Numbered from the stretch's first letter, positions 35,752-48,106 are shown. The stretch: 64,000 bases of DNA from Squalus acanthias (GCA_030390025.1 CM059431.1:98396001-98460000); one strand, 5' to 3'. The notes: a model not told the origin generated them from the letters alone. Made by a program: numbers and translations.

Positions 35752-36921
35752 CATGGAATCAAAGAATGTTGCTGCACAGAAGGAGGCCATTCGGCCCATC
35801 GTGCCTGTGCCGGCTCTTTGAACGAGCTCTCCAATTAGTCCCACTCCCCCTGCTCTTTCCCCAAACCCTGCAAATTTTTCCCCTTCAAGTATTTATTCAA
35901 TTCCCTTTTGAAAGTTACTATTGAATCTGCTTCCACCGCCCTTTCAGGCAGCGCGTTCCAGATCACAACAACTCGCTGCGTAAAAACAATTCTCTCATCT
36001 CCCCTCTGGCTCTTTCGCTAATTATTTTTTAAATAGAGTATTTTTTAAATGGTGAGAGATTGGGAAATGTTGGTGTCCTTGTACATGAATCACTGAAAGT
36101 TAACATGCAAGTACAGCAAGCAATTAGGAAAGCAAATGGTATGTTGGCCTTTATTACAAGAGGATTTGAGTATAAGAGTAAAGACGTCTTACTACAATTA
36201 TATAGGGCCCTGGTGAGACCACACCTGGAGTACTGTGTAAAGTTTTGGTCTCCTTACCTAAGGAAGGATATACTTGCCATAGAGGGAGTGCAACGAAGGT
36301 TCACCAGACTGATTCCTGGGATGGGGGGTTTGTCCTATGAGGAGAGACTGAGTAGACTAGGCCTATATTCTCTGGAGTTTAGAAGAATGAGAGGTGATCT
36401 CATTGAAACACACAACATTCTTACAGGGCTTGACAGGGTAGATGCAGGGAGGATGTTTCCCCTGGCTGGGGAGTCTAGAACCAGGGGTCACAGTCTCAGA
36501 ATAAGGGGTCGGCCATTTAGGACTGAGATGAGGAGAAATTTCTTCACTCAGAGGGTTGTGAATCTTTGGAATTCTCTACCCCAGAGGGCTGTGGAGGCTC
36601 AGTCGTTGAGTATATTCAAGACAGAGATCGATAGATTTTTGGATATTAAGGGAATCGAGGGATATGGAGATAGAGCAGGAAAGTGGAGTTGAGGTAAAAG
36701 ATCAGCCATGATCTTATTGAATGGCAGAGCAGGCTCGAGGGCTGAATGGCCGACTCCTGCTCCTATTTCTTAATTATCTTAAATCTGTGTCCTCTGGTTA
36801 CCGACCCTTCTGCCACTAGAAAGTTTTTCTTTATTTACTCTATCAACACCTCCTGTTAACCTTCTCTGCTCTAAGGAGAACAACCCCAGCTTCTCCAGTC
36901 TATCCATGTAACTGAAGTCCC
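35752..36921 (-). mobile_element. CR1 3' fragment split by a nested CR1
   Basis: 35752-36025 and 36771-36921 join into one copy of the family seen at 21472. Confidence 0.85.
36026..36770 (+). mobile_element. Nested CR1 LINE 3' fragment (open 210-aa ORF2 C-terminus)
   Basis: ORF 36060-36692; flanked by TAATTAT duplication. Confidence 0.92.
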
Positions 36922-37479
36922 TGTAAATTTAAATCACATTTAAAAAAATAGATTCTTATTCCTTTTGCACATGGAGCTGAATAGTTCCTGCCTTTATTGG
37001 GATGTTTTTGGGGTAATTTTACAAACTCACACTCCCGGTTCAGCGCATCTCCCACCTGGAGTCTGGACGCTGCTCGCCACAATTCTACATGGTGGAACCA
37101 GTGCCCCAATTCCCATTAAGCTCTCTCTCTGGGCAGGAGTGCGAATTGATGAAATGACCACGGCGATGAGCGTGGATTGCACCACAGCCTCAGATTGGCA
37201 GTGCTGTGGAACGCACGGTGATTGTATTGCAGAGAGGGTCCCTCCTCTGCACTGCAGTAGAAAGTACCTCCACTTGTGGAGCTGTCTCTTCACATATTCC
37301 CGAGAGTTTGGGTTTCACTGTTGGGTCAGTACAGCATTAAACTGTTCTAAACTTTGTACTTCAATTCATTGAATATTTCGCTGTATTTGCTAGATATCCA
37401 GTCAAACTAATGGGACTCGCACTTTGTTTAAAACTAATCCAAATTTATCTCTTTGGCTGCCCTTTGTCACCAAAACCGT

Positions 37480-38126
37480 GGGAACAATTCGTTAGCGACC
37501 ATTTTGAGTCGCTAACATCGCCTGGGCGTTAAATTTAGCGCCCGGTGAAAAATAGCGCCGGCGATCGCTAAATTCAGCTTTAGCGCCCCTAGAGGGAGGT
37601 GGAGCACTAATTCAAGCGCTCCACTTCCTTCTTAGAGCGCTAACCCTGAATATCGGGGCGGTGCGTTCTGCAGCGCTATGCACTGGGCCACGTAGCCAAG
37701 AGGAGTGCCGGGCTTCCAGATCGCGGCACGGACCTCGCGTTGAAAGAGGCAACGGGCCGTGACCAGTAAGTCGGCTGATTTTTTTTCCCACCCGCCACCT
37801 CCCCTTTACTTAGCGCCCCATGAGCCTCCTGCCGCTCCGTTCCCACCCCCTGAATCGGTCGCTGTCATCGCCCGGCGCAGATTCAGGGGGCGCCCGCCCA
37901 ATTTTGCAGGCGGGGCAAAAACGGGGCGCTGCGCACGGTGATGACTTCGTCATCGCCTGTGCAGCAGAGCGGGGAGCTACCGGTTACCGCCGTCGCTAAA
38001 CCCCCGCTGAATTTAGTGGGAGTTTTGCCGGCACCGCGCCCGGGTGTAAAGTCATTTTCGCCCCGTTAGCCCCCCCCCCCTCCCCAGGGCACTAACAGAG
38101 GCGCAAATGCACCGAATCTCTAGCCC
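37480..38126. mobile_element. GC-rich Harbinger-like MITE
   Basis: Right end gaggcgcaaatgcaccgaatctctagccc is the reverse-complement homologue of the left end of the 14728 element. Confidence 0.6.
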
Positions 38127-38993
38127 TTGGTCTTGTCTAGGACTCTCTCAGAATTGTCTCAATGCATTTTACATTGTGCTATCGGACTCCCCAGGCAGAC
38201 AGCAAGCAAAATGTAAAATGGCCAGGATTCATCCAGACCCAGTGGAACATGGGAGCAGGAGGAGGCCATTCAGCCTCTCGAGCCTGTTCCGCCATTCAGT
38301 TAGATCATGGCTGATCTGTATCTTATCTCCAGCTACCCGCCTTAATTCCGTAACCCTTAATAGCCTTACCCGACAAAAATCAATCAATCTCAGTGGCCCA
38401 AAAGATTCCTTAAAAACAGGTCTCTCCAGCAGCTGTGATACTTCCATGTTTGACTGACTATCCTACAATGATACAGAAGGACAGGAAAGGAATTTTCCAG
38501 TGTATTTTTCCCTTATTGCCTCTCAAGAGATTCCATGTCTGCTAGAGGTTAGGAAGTGTCTAGTCATGGTGCTGCGGCCCCCGTGATGTACCAGCAGCTC
38601 TTTTCCTGCACGTCATTTTCATACGTTCCTGTGAAACGATCAGCTGGTCCCCGAGCTTGCCCCGTCGAACCCATGCGACCCCCTCCCCATCGCCCAACCC
38701 CCACCACAGCCTCACAGTCTCCTGGGAGAGTCAAAGGAAAATCTTTGGCCTGTTTAGGAAATTCCTCTCCAGCCCCCGCCAGTACTGAAGCAACCCTGGG
38801 AGATCTCCATTACCGATACCACCAGCCCATCATCCCACCGAGCTCCTATAACCGGCGGTGCCTTCCACCGGAGACTCGCAGCCGGCTGGGCAGCAATGAA
38901 TAACTTTGGCAAAGATTATCTGACTGGACACTGACTCCCCCAGCCACGCCAACAAGAATCTGCCGTTCACTAAACACCATCTTTGTTCTATAG

Positions 38994-39087
38994 ATTATTG
39001 ATTCAGACGGACAGGCTATTTATGGCACGCAAGGTGAGCCAGGTAGCCCAGGCCCTCCTGGGCTAAAAGGTGAACAAGGCCCTTCAG
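38994..39087 (+). CDS. COL4A5: COL4A5 exon 19 (94 bp) IIDSDGQAIYGTQG...GPS(G)
   Basis: tag|ATT...CAG|gtgagt; starts with an interruption; phase 0 to 1. Confidence 0.92.
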
Positions 39088-39218
39088 GTGAGTGCACCTG
39101 ATCTGACATTTGGTTGTGTTATTAATGCCAACATTCAGCATAAGTGGAAATCAATTGAAAAATTACCAACATAAATAAAACACTTCCTCCTTTTTCTCCA
39201 CTCCCTCCCCCCTTCCAG

Positions 39219-39254
39219 GCCCCCCAGGACTTGCAGGAGTAGCAGGCCCGCCAG
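39219..39254 (+). CDS. COL4A5: COL4A5 exon 20 (36 bp) (G)PPGLAGVAGPP(G)
   Basis: Strong polypyrimidine tract; AG/GT; phase 1 to 1. Confidence 0.92.
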
Positions 39255-39439
39255 GTAAAGAATGTGAAGCTTCTGTGGCGAAATAGCGATTGGCACCGAG
39301 CTTGACCTAGACTGACCAGCAAGCAAACAAGGCTAATTATAAACAACTTTACAGAGAGGATTTGCAGAGTAGTCACAAAGATTCCTATTTTAGAGATAAA
39401 AGGGTAGATCTTGCAAGGCTCTTCACCCAGTGAAGAGTA

Positions 39440-40065
39440 TCACACACCTGGACTACAGGTACACCTGGGATCACACACCTGGACTACAGATACACCTGGG
39501 AACACACACCTGGAGTACAGGTACACCTGGGAACACACACCTGGAGTACAGGTACACCTGAGATCACACACCTGGAGTACAGGTACACCTGGGATCACAC
39601 ACCTGGACTACAGGTACACCTGGGATCACACACCTGGAGGACAGATACACCTGGGATCACACACCTGGAGTACAGGTACACCTGGGATCACACACCTGGA
39701 GTACAGGTACACCTGGGATCACACACCTGGACTACAGGTACACCTGGGATCACACACCTGGAGGACAGGTACACCTGGGATCACACACCTGGAGGACAGG
39801 TACACCTGGGATCACACACCTGGACTACAGGTACACCTGGGATCACACACCTGGAGTACAGGTACACCTGGGATTAGACACCTGGAGTTCAGGTACACCT
39901 GGGATCACACACCTGGAGGACAGGTACACCTGGGATCACACACCTGGAGGACAGGTACACCTGGGATCACACACCTGGACTACAGGTACACCTGGGATCA
40001 CACACCTGGAGTACAGGTACACCTGGGATTAGACACCTGGAGTTCAGGTACACCTGGGATCACAC
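39440..40065. repeat. Minisatellite, 31-bp unit CACACACCTGGAGTACAGGTACACCTGGGAT
   Basis: About 20 copies read directly. Confidence 0.95.
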
Positions 40066-40755
40066 AGCTAGCTCCTAAAGGACAATGTAAATCATGAGAT
40101 TTCTAATTAACATCAGTTAAATATCTACAGGTGGGCAAACATCCGACTGTAGTTTAGTCACCTGAATTTTTCTTTTTCTATAAAAGTAGAATTCCTCTCA
40201 AAAGATTTGCATTTCAACAAAAAATATGCCAAAAATTGCAGATCTTGGTGAGAGCAGGATGAGGATGAGGATCGGGATCGGGATCGGGATCAGATTAAGG
40301 AAAAGGATCAGGATAAGGAGTGGAGATACAGCGGGAGAGTGGGATTACCTTGACTCTGGATGGAGACTCAGTTCTGGGGGATCCATGTGGCGAGGACTAC
40401 TCGATACTAGTTATTGAACCATTGCTGCCGGGTAGATATGAGGGCCTAGAAACTGGTCCGCACAGTGCCCGTCTTTCCACTACTCGCACCACTAGGCCCC
40501 AATGTGGCGGGCCGGAATCGCGCTCACATTTGTCAGGAAGTGTCATGTTGGGTAGCGACAGTAATATTCGTCCTTTACCCAGGCCTAAAACAGGGGTTAG
40601 GCCCCTTTGCAGAGGCAAATAATGGGCCCAATGGCCCTCTCAAGCTCCATCTTTGCACCTCTGACCAGTTTCTTGGCCTTCTTTTGCTTATTGTTACAGA
40701 TCTTTCTATCCACAAATGTACAAATTAATTCATATTTTCTTTACTTACAATCTAG

Positions 40756-40911
40756 GTTTGTCACAGCAAGGTGAGAAGGGTCTCCCAGGATTCACAGGTG
40801 AACGAGGTCAGAAAGGTGAGAAGGGGGTTCCAGGATTATCGCTGTCGGGTTCGCCAGGAAGAGATGGTCAATCGGGTTTACCTGGTCCTCCTGGTCCACC
40901 TGGACCTCCAG
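40756..40911 (+). CDS. COL4A5: COL4A5 exon 21 (156 bp)
   Basis: [24 protein letters not shown]...; conserved GERGQKG; AG/GT. Confidence 0.93.
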
Positions 40912-41394
40912 GTAAGTCGATCTTTGTGATGGAGCTACCGTCTCGTCTCTGTACTGTCCTCTGAGGAGAGATGTGATCATCATTTAGGAGATAAAACGTG
41001 TTCTTAGAAACATTTTGCCGTGCGTAAAGTAAGAACTGCAACATTGCACAAAATTAAGATGATTCTGAAATGAGGTACAAAACCTATTTAGTCCAACAAG
41101 CTCCTCCGTCTACAGATCAGCTCTAGAACTGCAAGACTCCTGCTCCTCTTCAATAGGGACGCAGATCCTTCCCCAGTCTGGGCCTATATGTGAATCCAGT
41201 CCCGCACCAACGTGGTTGACTCTGAACTGTCTTCTCCAGTGGCTGAGCGAGATCCTCAGCTCCTTCACCACACGGACTGCAGCAGTTCAAGAAGGTGGCT
41301 CAACACCACCTTCTCAAGGGCAACTAGGGATGGGCAATAAATGCTGGCCTCACCAGCGACGCCCACATCCTGAGAATTAACAATCATATAAAAA

Positions 41395-41735
41395 CTGTCG
41401 GAGGGGCAGTACTGAGGGAGCGCCGCACTGTCGGAGGGGCAGTACTGAGGTAGTGCTGTACTGTCGGAGGGGCAGTACTGAGGGAGCGCCGCACTGTCGG
41501 AGGGGCAGTACTGAGGTAGTGCTGTACTGTCGGAGGGGCAGTACTGAGGGAGCGCCGCACTGTCGGAGGGGCAGTACTGGGGGAGCGCCGCACTGTCGGA
41601 GGGGCAGTACTGAGGTAGTGCTGTACTGTCGGAGGGGCAGTACTGAGGGAGCGCCGCACTGTCGGAGGGGCAGTACTGAGGGAGTGCCGCACTGTCGGAG
41701 GGGCAGTACTGAGGGAGCGCCGCACTGTCGGAGGT
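41395..41735 (+). repeat. 33-bp SINE-derived minisatellite (CTGTCGGAGGGGCAGTACTGAGGGAGCGCCGCA), about 10 units
   Basis: Followed, after a small MITE, by degenerate Deu-SINE body (to about 41975). Confidence 0.95.
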
Positions 41736-41737
41736 GC

Positions 41738-41876
41738 GGGGTGTGAAATTGGTCTTAAGTGGTAGCACAGAACGAGCGATAGAAAATTGTTAGAAAATCG
41801 GTCGGGCGGGTGTAAAACCGGCTAGCGATTCACTTTCACCCATTTTGCGCCAGCACCACAGATCAATTTCATCCCC
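41738..41876. mobile_element. 139-bp hairpin MITE
   Basis: GGGGTGTGAAATTGGTCT...AGATCAATTTCATCCCC imperfect terminal inverted repeats interrupting SINE sequence. Confidence 0.65.
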
Positions 41877-42156
41877 GCTGTCCTTCAGCTCAGACATTAA
41901 GCCGAAGCCCTGTCGGATGTCAAAGATCCTACTTGAACAAAACTCGGGGAGTTCTCCCTGGTGTCCTGGGCCACAATTTATTACACAGGATTACATAGGA
42001 TATACGGCACAGAAACAGGCCATTCGACCATTCGCTAGTTCTTTGTTTATGTAGAGGTAGTAATGGATATTTGGCCGATATTGGTTATAAAGACAGAAAA
42101 TGCAGTAGATTTAGAGCAGGATTAGTTTCTAATTGTTTTACTTTGTGTTGTTTCAG

Positions 42157-42240
42157 TGTCTGCGGCAGATTGTAACAGTATACCTGGGCCGCCCGGAGCT
42201 GCTGGGCCACGAGGATTCCAAGGAGAAACTGGACTGAAAG
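42157..42240 (+). CDS. COL4A5: COL4A5 exon 22 (84 bp) (V)SAADCNSIPGPPG...GLK(G)
   Basis: AG/GT; Cys-containing interruption. Confidence 0.93.
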
Positions 42241-42416
42241 GTGAGTTTGTATTTGGTTGCAAGGCTCTTTCTGTAATGGCAGTAGATATGAGGCATCAAG
42301 CACTGGGACCAAGGCAGGGATATGCTGTCTTTCACTGTGTCTCTTCAGACACAAGCGTTCATACGCTGCCATCTTAAGTAAAACCTTCTCAGCTTATTTG
42401 CCTCTCATTGCAAACT

Positions 42417-42860
42417 GAATCGTAGAATGATAAAGCACAGAAGGAGGCCATTCGGCCCATCCTGTCTGTGCCGGCTCTTTGAAAAAGCTCTCCAATTAGA
42501 GCTATCCCAAGCTCTTTCTCCATAGCCTTGCAAATTTGTCAAGTATTTATCCAATTCCCTTTTGAAAGTTATTATTGAATCTGCTTCCACCACCCTTTCA
42601 GGCAGCGCATTCCAGATCACAACAACTCGCTGTGTAAAAAAATTCTCCATCTCCCCTCTGGTTTTTTTGCCAATGACCTTCAATCTGTGTCCTCTGGTTA
42701 CCGACCCTCCTGCCACTGGAAACAGTTTCTCCTTATTTACTCTATCAAAACCATTCATGATTTTGAACACCTCGATTAAATCTCCCCTTAACCTTCTCTG
42801 CTCTAAGGAAAACAACCCCAGCTTCTCCAGTCTCTCCACACAACTGTAGTCCCTCATCCC
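42417..42860 (-). mobile_element. CR1 LINE 3' fragment
   Basis: ERLEKLGLFSLEQRRLRGDL...WNALP. Confidence 0.92.
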
Positions 42861-42949
42861 TTGGATAGGGAGTATTGAAGATATGAGGAGTTGGAATTCA
42901 CGAATGATACTGTTCTAAGATACAGCCAGCAACTGTGGCGAAGCAGAAA

Positions 42950-43790
42950 GATTCAGGGGTCCAAGTACAGAAATCACTAAAAGCTAGTGGCCAGATACAA
43001 AAAATAATTAAAAAGCGAATGGAATGTTGGCCTTAATCTCGAGGGGGTTGGAATACAAAGGGTGGAAGTTATGTTGCAGTTTATATAAAGCTCTGGTTAG
43101 ACCCCATCTGGAGTAACTGCGTTCAGTTCTGGGCCCCCGCACCTCAGGAAGGATATAGGGGCCTTGGAGGGAGGGCAGCGCAGATTCACCAGAATGATAC
43201 CGGGGCTAAAAGGGTTAAATTACGAGGACAGGTTGCACAGACTGGGCTTGTATTCCCTCGAGTTTAGAAGATTAAGGGGTGATCTAATTGAGGTGTTTAA
43301 GATGATTAAAGGAGTTGATAGGGTAGAGAGAGAGAAACTATTTCCTCTGGTGGGGGGAGTCCAGAACAAAGGGTATGGGGAGAGAGTGGGAATATGGTAT
43401 TGAGATAGAGGATCAGCCATGATCATATTGAATGACGGAGCAGGCTCGAGGGGCCGAATGGCCGACTCCTGCTCCTATTTTTCTATGTTTCTATGTAACA
43501 AGGGGGCATAACCTTAAAATTAGAGCCAGGCCGTTCAGGGGTGATGTCAGGAAGCACTTCTTCACACAAAGGGAGTGGAAATCTGGAACTCTCCCCCAAA
43601 AAGCTGTTGAGGATGGGGGTCAATTGAAAATTTCAAAACTGAGATTGATAGATTTTTGATAGGTAAGGGTATTAAGGGTTACGGAACCAAGGCGGGTAGA
43701 TGGAGTTGAGATACAGATCAGCCATGATCTAACTGAATGGCGGAACAGGCTCGAGGGGCTGAATGACCTACTCCTGTTCCTATGTTCCTG
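42950..43790 (+). mobile_element. CR1 3' fragment containing a nested short CR1 tail (43369-43496)
   Basis: ORF2 motifs; insert ends in (ttctatgt)2 and is flanked by AACAA. Confidence 0.85.
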
Positions 43791-43842
43791 CAAGAACCAC
43801 AATAATCTAGATGGGTCTTTAACAGTCTATATTTCCTTACAG

Positions 43843-43926
43843 GTGCCAAGGGAGATTACTGCTTCCACTGCAACTTCACGCTGTCACCTGGACCAGCAGG
43901 TCCCCAAGGACCTCCCGGTAGATCAG
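43843..43926 (+). CDS. COL4A5: COL4A5 exon 23 (84 bp) (G)AKGDYCFHCNFTLSPG...
   Basis: CxxC interruption like human alpha5 GDTCFNC; CAG|gtgagt. Confidence 0.93.
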
Positions 43927-44089
43927 GTGAGTGGCCACACAGAGCACCAACAGTGGAGCTTAAATCTCGACACGGGCCAGTAAAACAATGCTCTTCTGAA
44001 AAGATTCACCCCCCACCCCCCACCCCCACCCCCCTCGGGCATACTGAAACGTGTTTTATCCAAATTGCCTTGTTCCCCATGTTTCGCAG

Positions 44090-44160
44090 GTGATCCCGGA
44101 ATTCCAGGGACCAAGGGAGACCATGGACCACCAGGAAGAGTGGGATTCCCAGGCCAGACT
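44090..44160 (+). CDS. COL4A5: COL4A5 exon 24 (71 bp)
   Basis: AG/GT; phase 1 to 0; Gly-X-Y. Confidence 0.95.
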
Positions 44161-44277
44161 GTAAGTGTTTCTGATGTTCAAACTACTGTAGCAGGCTTGG
44201 GTTCCTGTATAGAATGATCCTCGATGATGCAGACCAGCTGCCTCGTGTCAGGGCGGATACCAAGAAAAATTCTTTAC

Positions 44278-44740
44278 AATGATACCAGAACAGAGGGTCT
44301 ACCTATCAGGAAAGGCTGGGGCTCTTTTCTCTAGAAAACAGAAGGCTGAGGGGTGACCCGATAGGGGTCTTTAAGACTGTGAAAGAGTTTGATAGGGTAG
44401 ATGTGGAGAAGATGTTTCCACTTGTGGGGGAGACCAAAACTAGGAGCCATAAATATAAAATAATCACTAATAAATCCAATAGGGAATTCAGGAGAAATTT
44501 CTTCACCCAGAGAGTGGTGAGAATGTGGAACTCGCTACCACAGGGAGTGGTTGAGGCGAATAGGAGAGATACATTTAAGGGGAAGCTGGGTAAACACATG
44601 AGGGAGAAAGGAATAGAAGGATATGCTGATAGGGTGAGATGAAGAGGGGTGGGAGGAGGCTGGTGTGGAGCACAAACACTGGCACGGACCAGTTGGGCCG
44701 AATGGCCTGTTTCTGTGCTGTACATTCGATGTACTTAATG
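44278..44740 (+). mobile_element. CR1 LINE 3' fragment
   Basis: FDRVDVEKMFPL...FFTQRVVRMWNSLP plus UTR. Confidence 0.88.
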
Positions 44741-45170
44741 TAAAATTAGGAGGTACAGTTAATTCCTTGATCCACAATGATCTTCGCAATGATTCACAAG
44801 GTGGGAGGGGGGTCGCAAAAGGGACATGGTGGGGTCTTGGGGTGAGGGAGGGTCATGGAGGCAGGAGGGGGAGAGGGCTAAACAACAACAGGCAAAAGTG
44901 AAGGGAAAAGAAAGTCTCTGTGCGGGCCCGGGTCCCCAGGGGAATGGCGGAGCAGCACCTCACCCAGTCGCTGTCTGACCTCTGCTGGCAATGATTGTGT
45001 CCCTCTGTCGCAATCCACAGTCCACCCACATAGGTCAGCAGTGGCCGTGCCTGGCAGGAGCTCGAGCTAAGGTGAGAGGTCACAGCTGACCAGTATTGTC
45101 ACTGGCTGTGCCAGCCCTGTGCTGCATAGTAACTGCAGACTCGAGCCCATAATCCAGGCTGACATCATCA

Positions 45171-48106
45171 GTGCAGGACCGAGGGAGCGCTGCACTGTCA
45201 GAGGGGCAGTACTGAGGGAGCGCCGCACTGTCAGAGGGGCAGTACTGAGGAGCGCTGCACTGTCGGAGGGGCAGTACTGAGGGAGCGCCGCACTGTCAGA
45301 GGGGCAGTACTGAGGGAGCGCTGCACTGTCAGAGGGGCAGTACTGAGGGAGCGCCGCACTGTCGGAGGGGCAGTACTGAGGGAGCGCCGCACTGTCAGAG
45401 GGGCAGTACTGAGGGAGCGCTGCACTGTCGGAGGGGCAGTACTGAGGGAGACTGCACTGTCGGAGGTGCAGTACTGAGGGAGCGCTGCACTGTCAGAGGG
45501 GCAGTACTGAGGGAGCGCCGAACTGTCGGAGGGGCAGTACTGAGGGAGCACCACACTGTCGGAGGGGCAGTACTGAGGGAGTGCCGCACTGTCAGAGGGG
45601 CAGTACTGAGGGAGCGCTGCACTGTCGGAGGGGCAGTACTGAGGGAGCACTGCACTGTCGGAGGGGCAGTACTGAGGGAGCGCCGCACTGTCAGAGGGGC
45701 AGTACTGAGGGAGCACTGCACTGTCGGAGGGGCAGTACTGAGGGAGCGCTGCACTGTCGGAGGGGCAGTACTGAGGGAGTGCCGCACTGTCAGAGGGGCA
45801 GTACTGAGGGAGCGCTGCACTGTCGGAGGGGCAGTACTGAGGGAGCGCCGCACTGTCGGAGGGGCAGTACTGAGGGAGCGCTGCACTGTCGGAGGGGCAG
45901 TACTGAGGGAGCGCTGCACTGTCAGAGGGGCAGTACAGAGGGAGCGCCGCACTGTCGGAGGGGCAGTACTGAGGGAGCGCTGCACTGTCGGAGGGGCAGT
46001 ACTGAGGGAGCGCTGCACTGTCGGAGGGCAGCACTGAGGGAGTGCTGCACTGTCGGAGGGGCAGTACTGAGGGAGCGCTGCACTGTCAGAGGGGCAGTAC
46101 TGAGGGAGCGCTGCACTGTCGGGGGGCAGTACTGAGGGAGAGCTGCACTGTCGGAGGGGCAGTACTGAGGGAGCTCCGCACTGTCAGAGGGGCAGTACTG
46201 AGGGAGCGCCGCACTGTTGGAGGGGCAGTACTGAGGGAGCGCCGCACTGTCGGAGGGGCAGTACTGAGGGAGCGCCGCACTGTCGGAGGGTCAACACTGA
46301 GGGAGTGCCGCACTGTCAGAGGGGCAGTACAGAGGGAGCGCCGCACTGTCGGAGGGGCAGTACTGAGGGAGCGCTGCACTGTCGGAGGGGCAGTACTGAG
46401 GGAGCGCTGCACTGTCGGAGGGGCAGCACTGAGGGAGTGCTGCACTGTCGGAGGGGCAGTACTGAGGGAGCGCTGCACTGTCGGAGGGGCAGTACTGAGG
46501 GAGCGCCGCACTGTCGGAGGGGCAGTACTGAGGGAGCGCCGCACTGTCGGAGGGTCAACACTGAGGGAGTGCCGCACTGTCGGAGGGGCAGTACTGAGGG
46601 AGCGCCGCACTGTCAGAGGGGCAGTACTGAGGGAGCGCTGCACTGTCGGAGGGGCAGTACTGAGGGAGCACTGCACTGTCGGAGGGGCAGTACTGAGGGA
46701 GCGCTGCACTGTCAGAGGGGCAGTACTGAGGGAGCGCCGCACTGTCGGAGGGGCAGTACAGAGGGAGCGCCGCACTGTCGGAGGGGCAGTACTGAGGGAG
46801 TGCTGCACTGTCGGAGGGGCAGTACTGAGGGAGTGCCGCACTGTCGGAGGGGCAGTACTGAGGGAGCGCCGCACTGTTGGAGGGTCAACACTGAGGGAGT
46901 GCCGCACTGTCGGAGGGGCAGTACTGAGAGAGCGCCGCACTGTCAGAGGGGCAGTACTGAGGGAGCGCCGCACTGTCGGAGGGGCAGTACTGAGGGAGCG
47001 CCGCACTGTCGGAGGGGCAGTACTGAGGGAGCACCACACTGTCGGAGGGGCAGTACTGAGGGAGTGCCGCACTGTCAGAGGGGCAGTACTGAGGGAGCGC
47101 TGCACTGTCGGAGGGGCAGTACTGAGGGAGCACTGCACTGTCGGAGGGGCAGTACTGAGGGAGCGCTGCACTGTCAGAGGGGCAGTACTGAGGGAGCGCA
47201 GCACTGTCGGAGGGGCAGTACTGAGGGAGCGCCGCACTGTCGGAGGGGCAATACTGAGGGAGCACCACACTGTCGGAGGGGCAGTACTGAGGGAGTGCCG
47301 CACTGTCGGAGGGGCAGTACTGAGGGAGCGCCGCACTGTCAGAGGGGCAGTACTGAGGGAGCGCTGCACTGTCGGAGGGGCAGTACTGAGGGAGTGCCGC
47401 ACTGTCAGAGGGGCAGTACTGAGGGAGCGCTGCACTGTCGGAGGGGCAGTACTGAGGGAGCGCCGCACTGTCGGAGGGGCAGTACTGAGGGAGCGCCGCA
47501 CTGTCGGAGAGGCAGTACTGAGGGAGTGCTGCACTGTTGGAGGGGCAGTACTGAGGGAGCGCTGCACTGTCAGAGGGGCAGTACAGAGGGAGCGCCGCAC
47601 TGTCGGAGAGGCAGTACTGAGGGAGTGCTGCACTGTCGGAGGGGCAGTACTGAGGGAGCACTGCACTGTCGGAGGGGCAGTACTGAGGGAGCGCTGCACT
47701 GTCAGAGGGGCAGTACAGAGGGAGCGCCGCACTGTCGGAGAGGCAGTACTGAGGGAGCGCTGCACTGTCAGAGGGGCAGTACAGAGGGAGCGCCGCACTG
47801 TCGGAGAGGGCAGTACTGAGGGAGTGCTGCACTGTCGGAGGGGCAGTACTGAGGGAGCGCCGCACTGTCGGAGGGGCAGTACTGAGGGAGTGCCGCACTG
47901 TCGGAGGGGCAGTACTGAGGGAGCGCAGCACTGTCGGAGGGGCAGTACTGAGGGAGCGCCGCACTGTTGGAGGGGCAGTACTGAGGGAGCGCCGCACTGT
48001 CGGAGGGGCAGTACTGAGGGAGTGCTGCACTGTCAGAGGGTCAGTACTGAGGGAGCGCCGCACTGTCGGAGGGGCAGTACTGAGGGAGTGCTGCACTGTC
48101 GGAGGT
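45171..48106 (+). repeat. 33-bp SINE-derived minisatellite, about 2.9 kb (roughly 90 units)
   Basis: Preceded by SINE sequence ataatccaggctgaca; same unit as the 41395 and 62667 arrays. Confidence 0.97.

Noticed and set aside
43918..43923. Alternative donor G|gtagat in exon 23
   Set aside because: The donor 9 nt downstream (CAG|gtgagt) is consensus and keeps Gly-X-Y; both are in frame, so the weaker one is unsupported.
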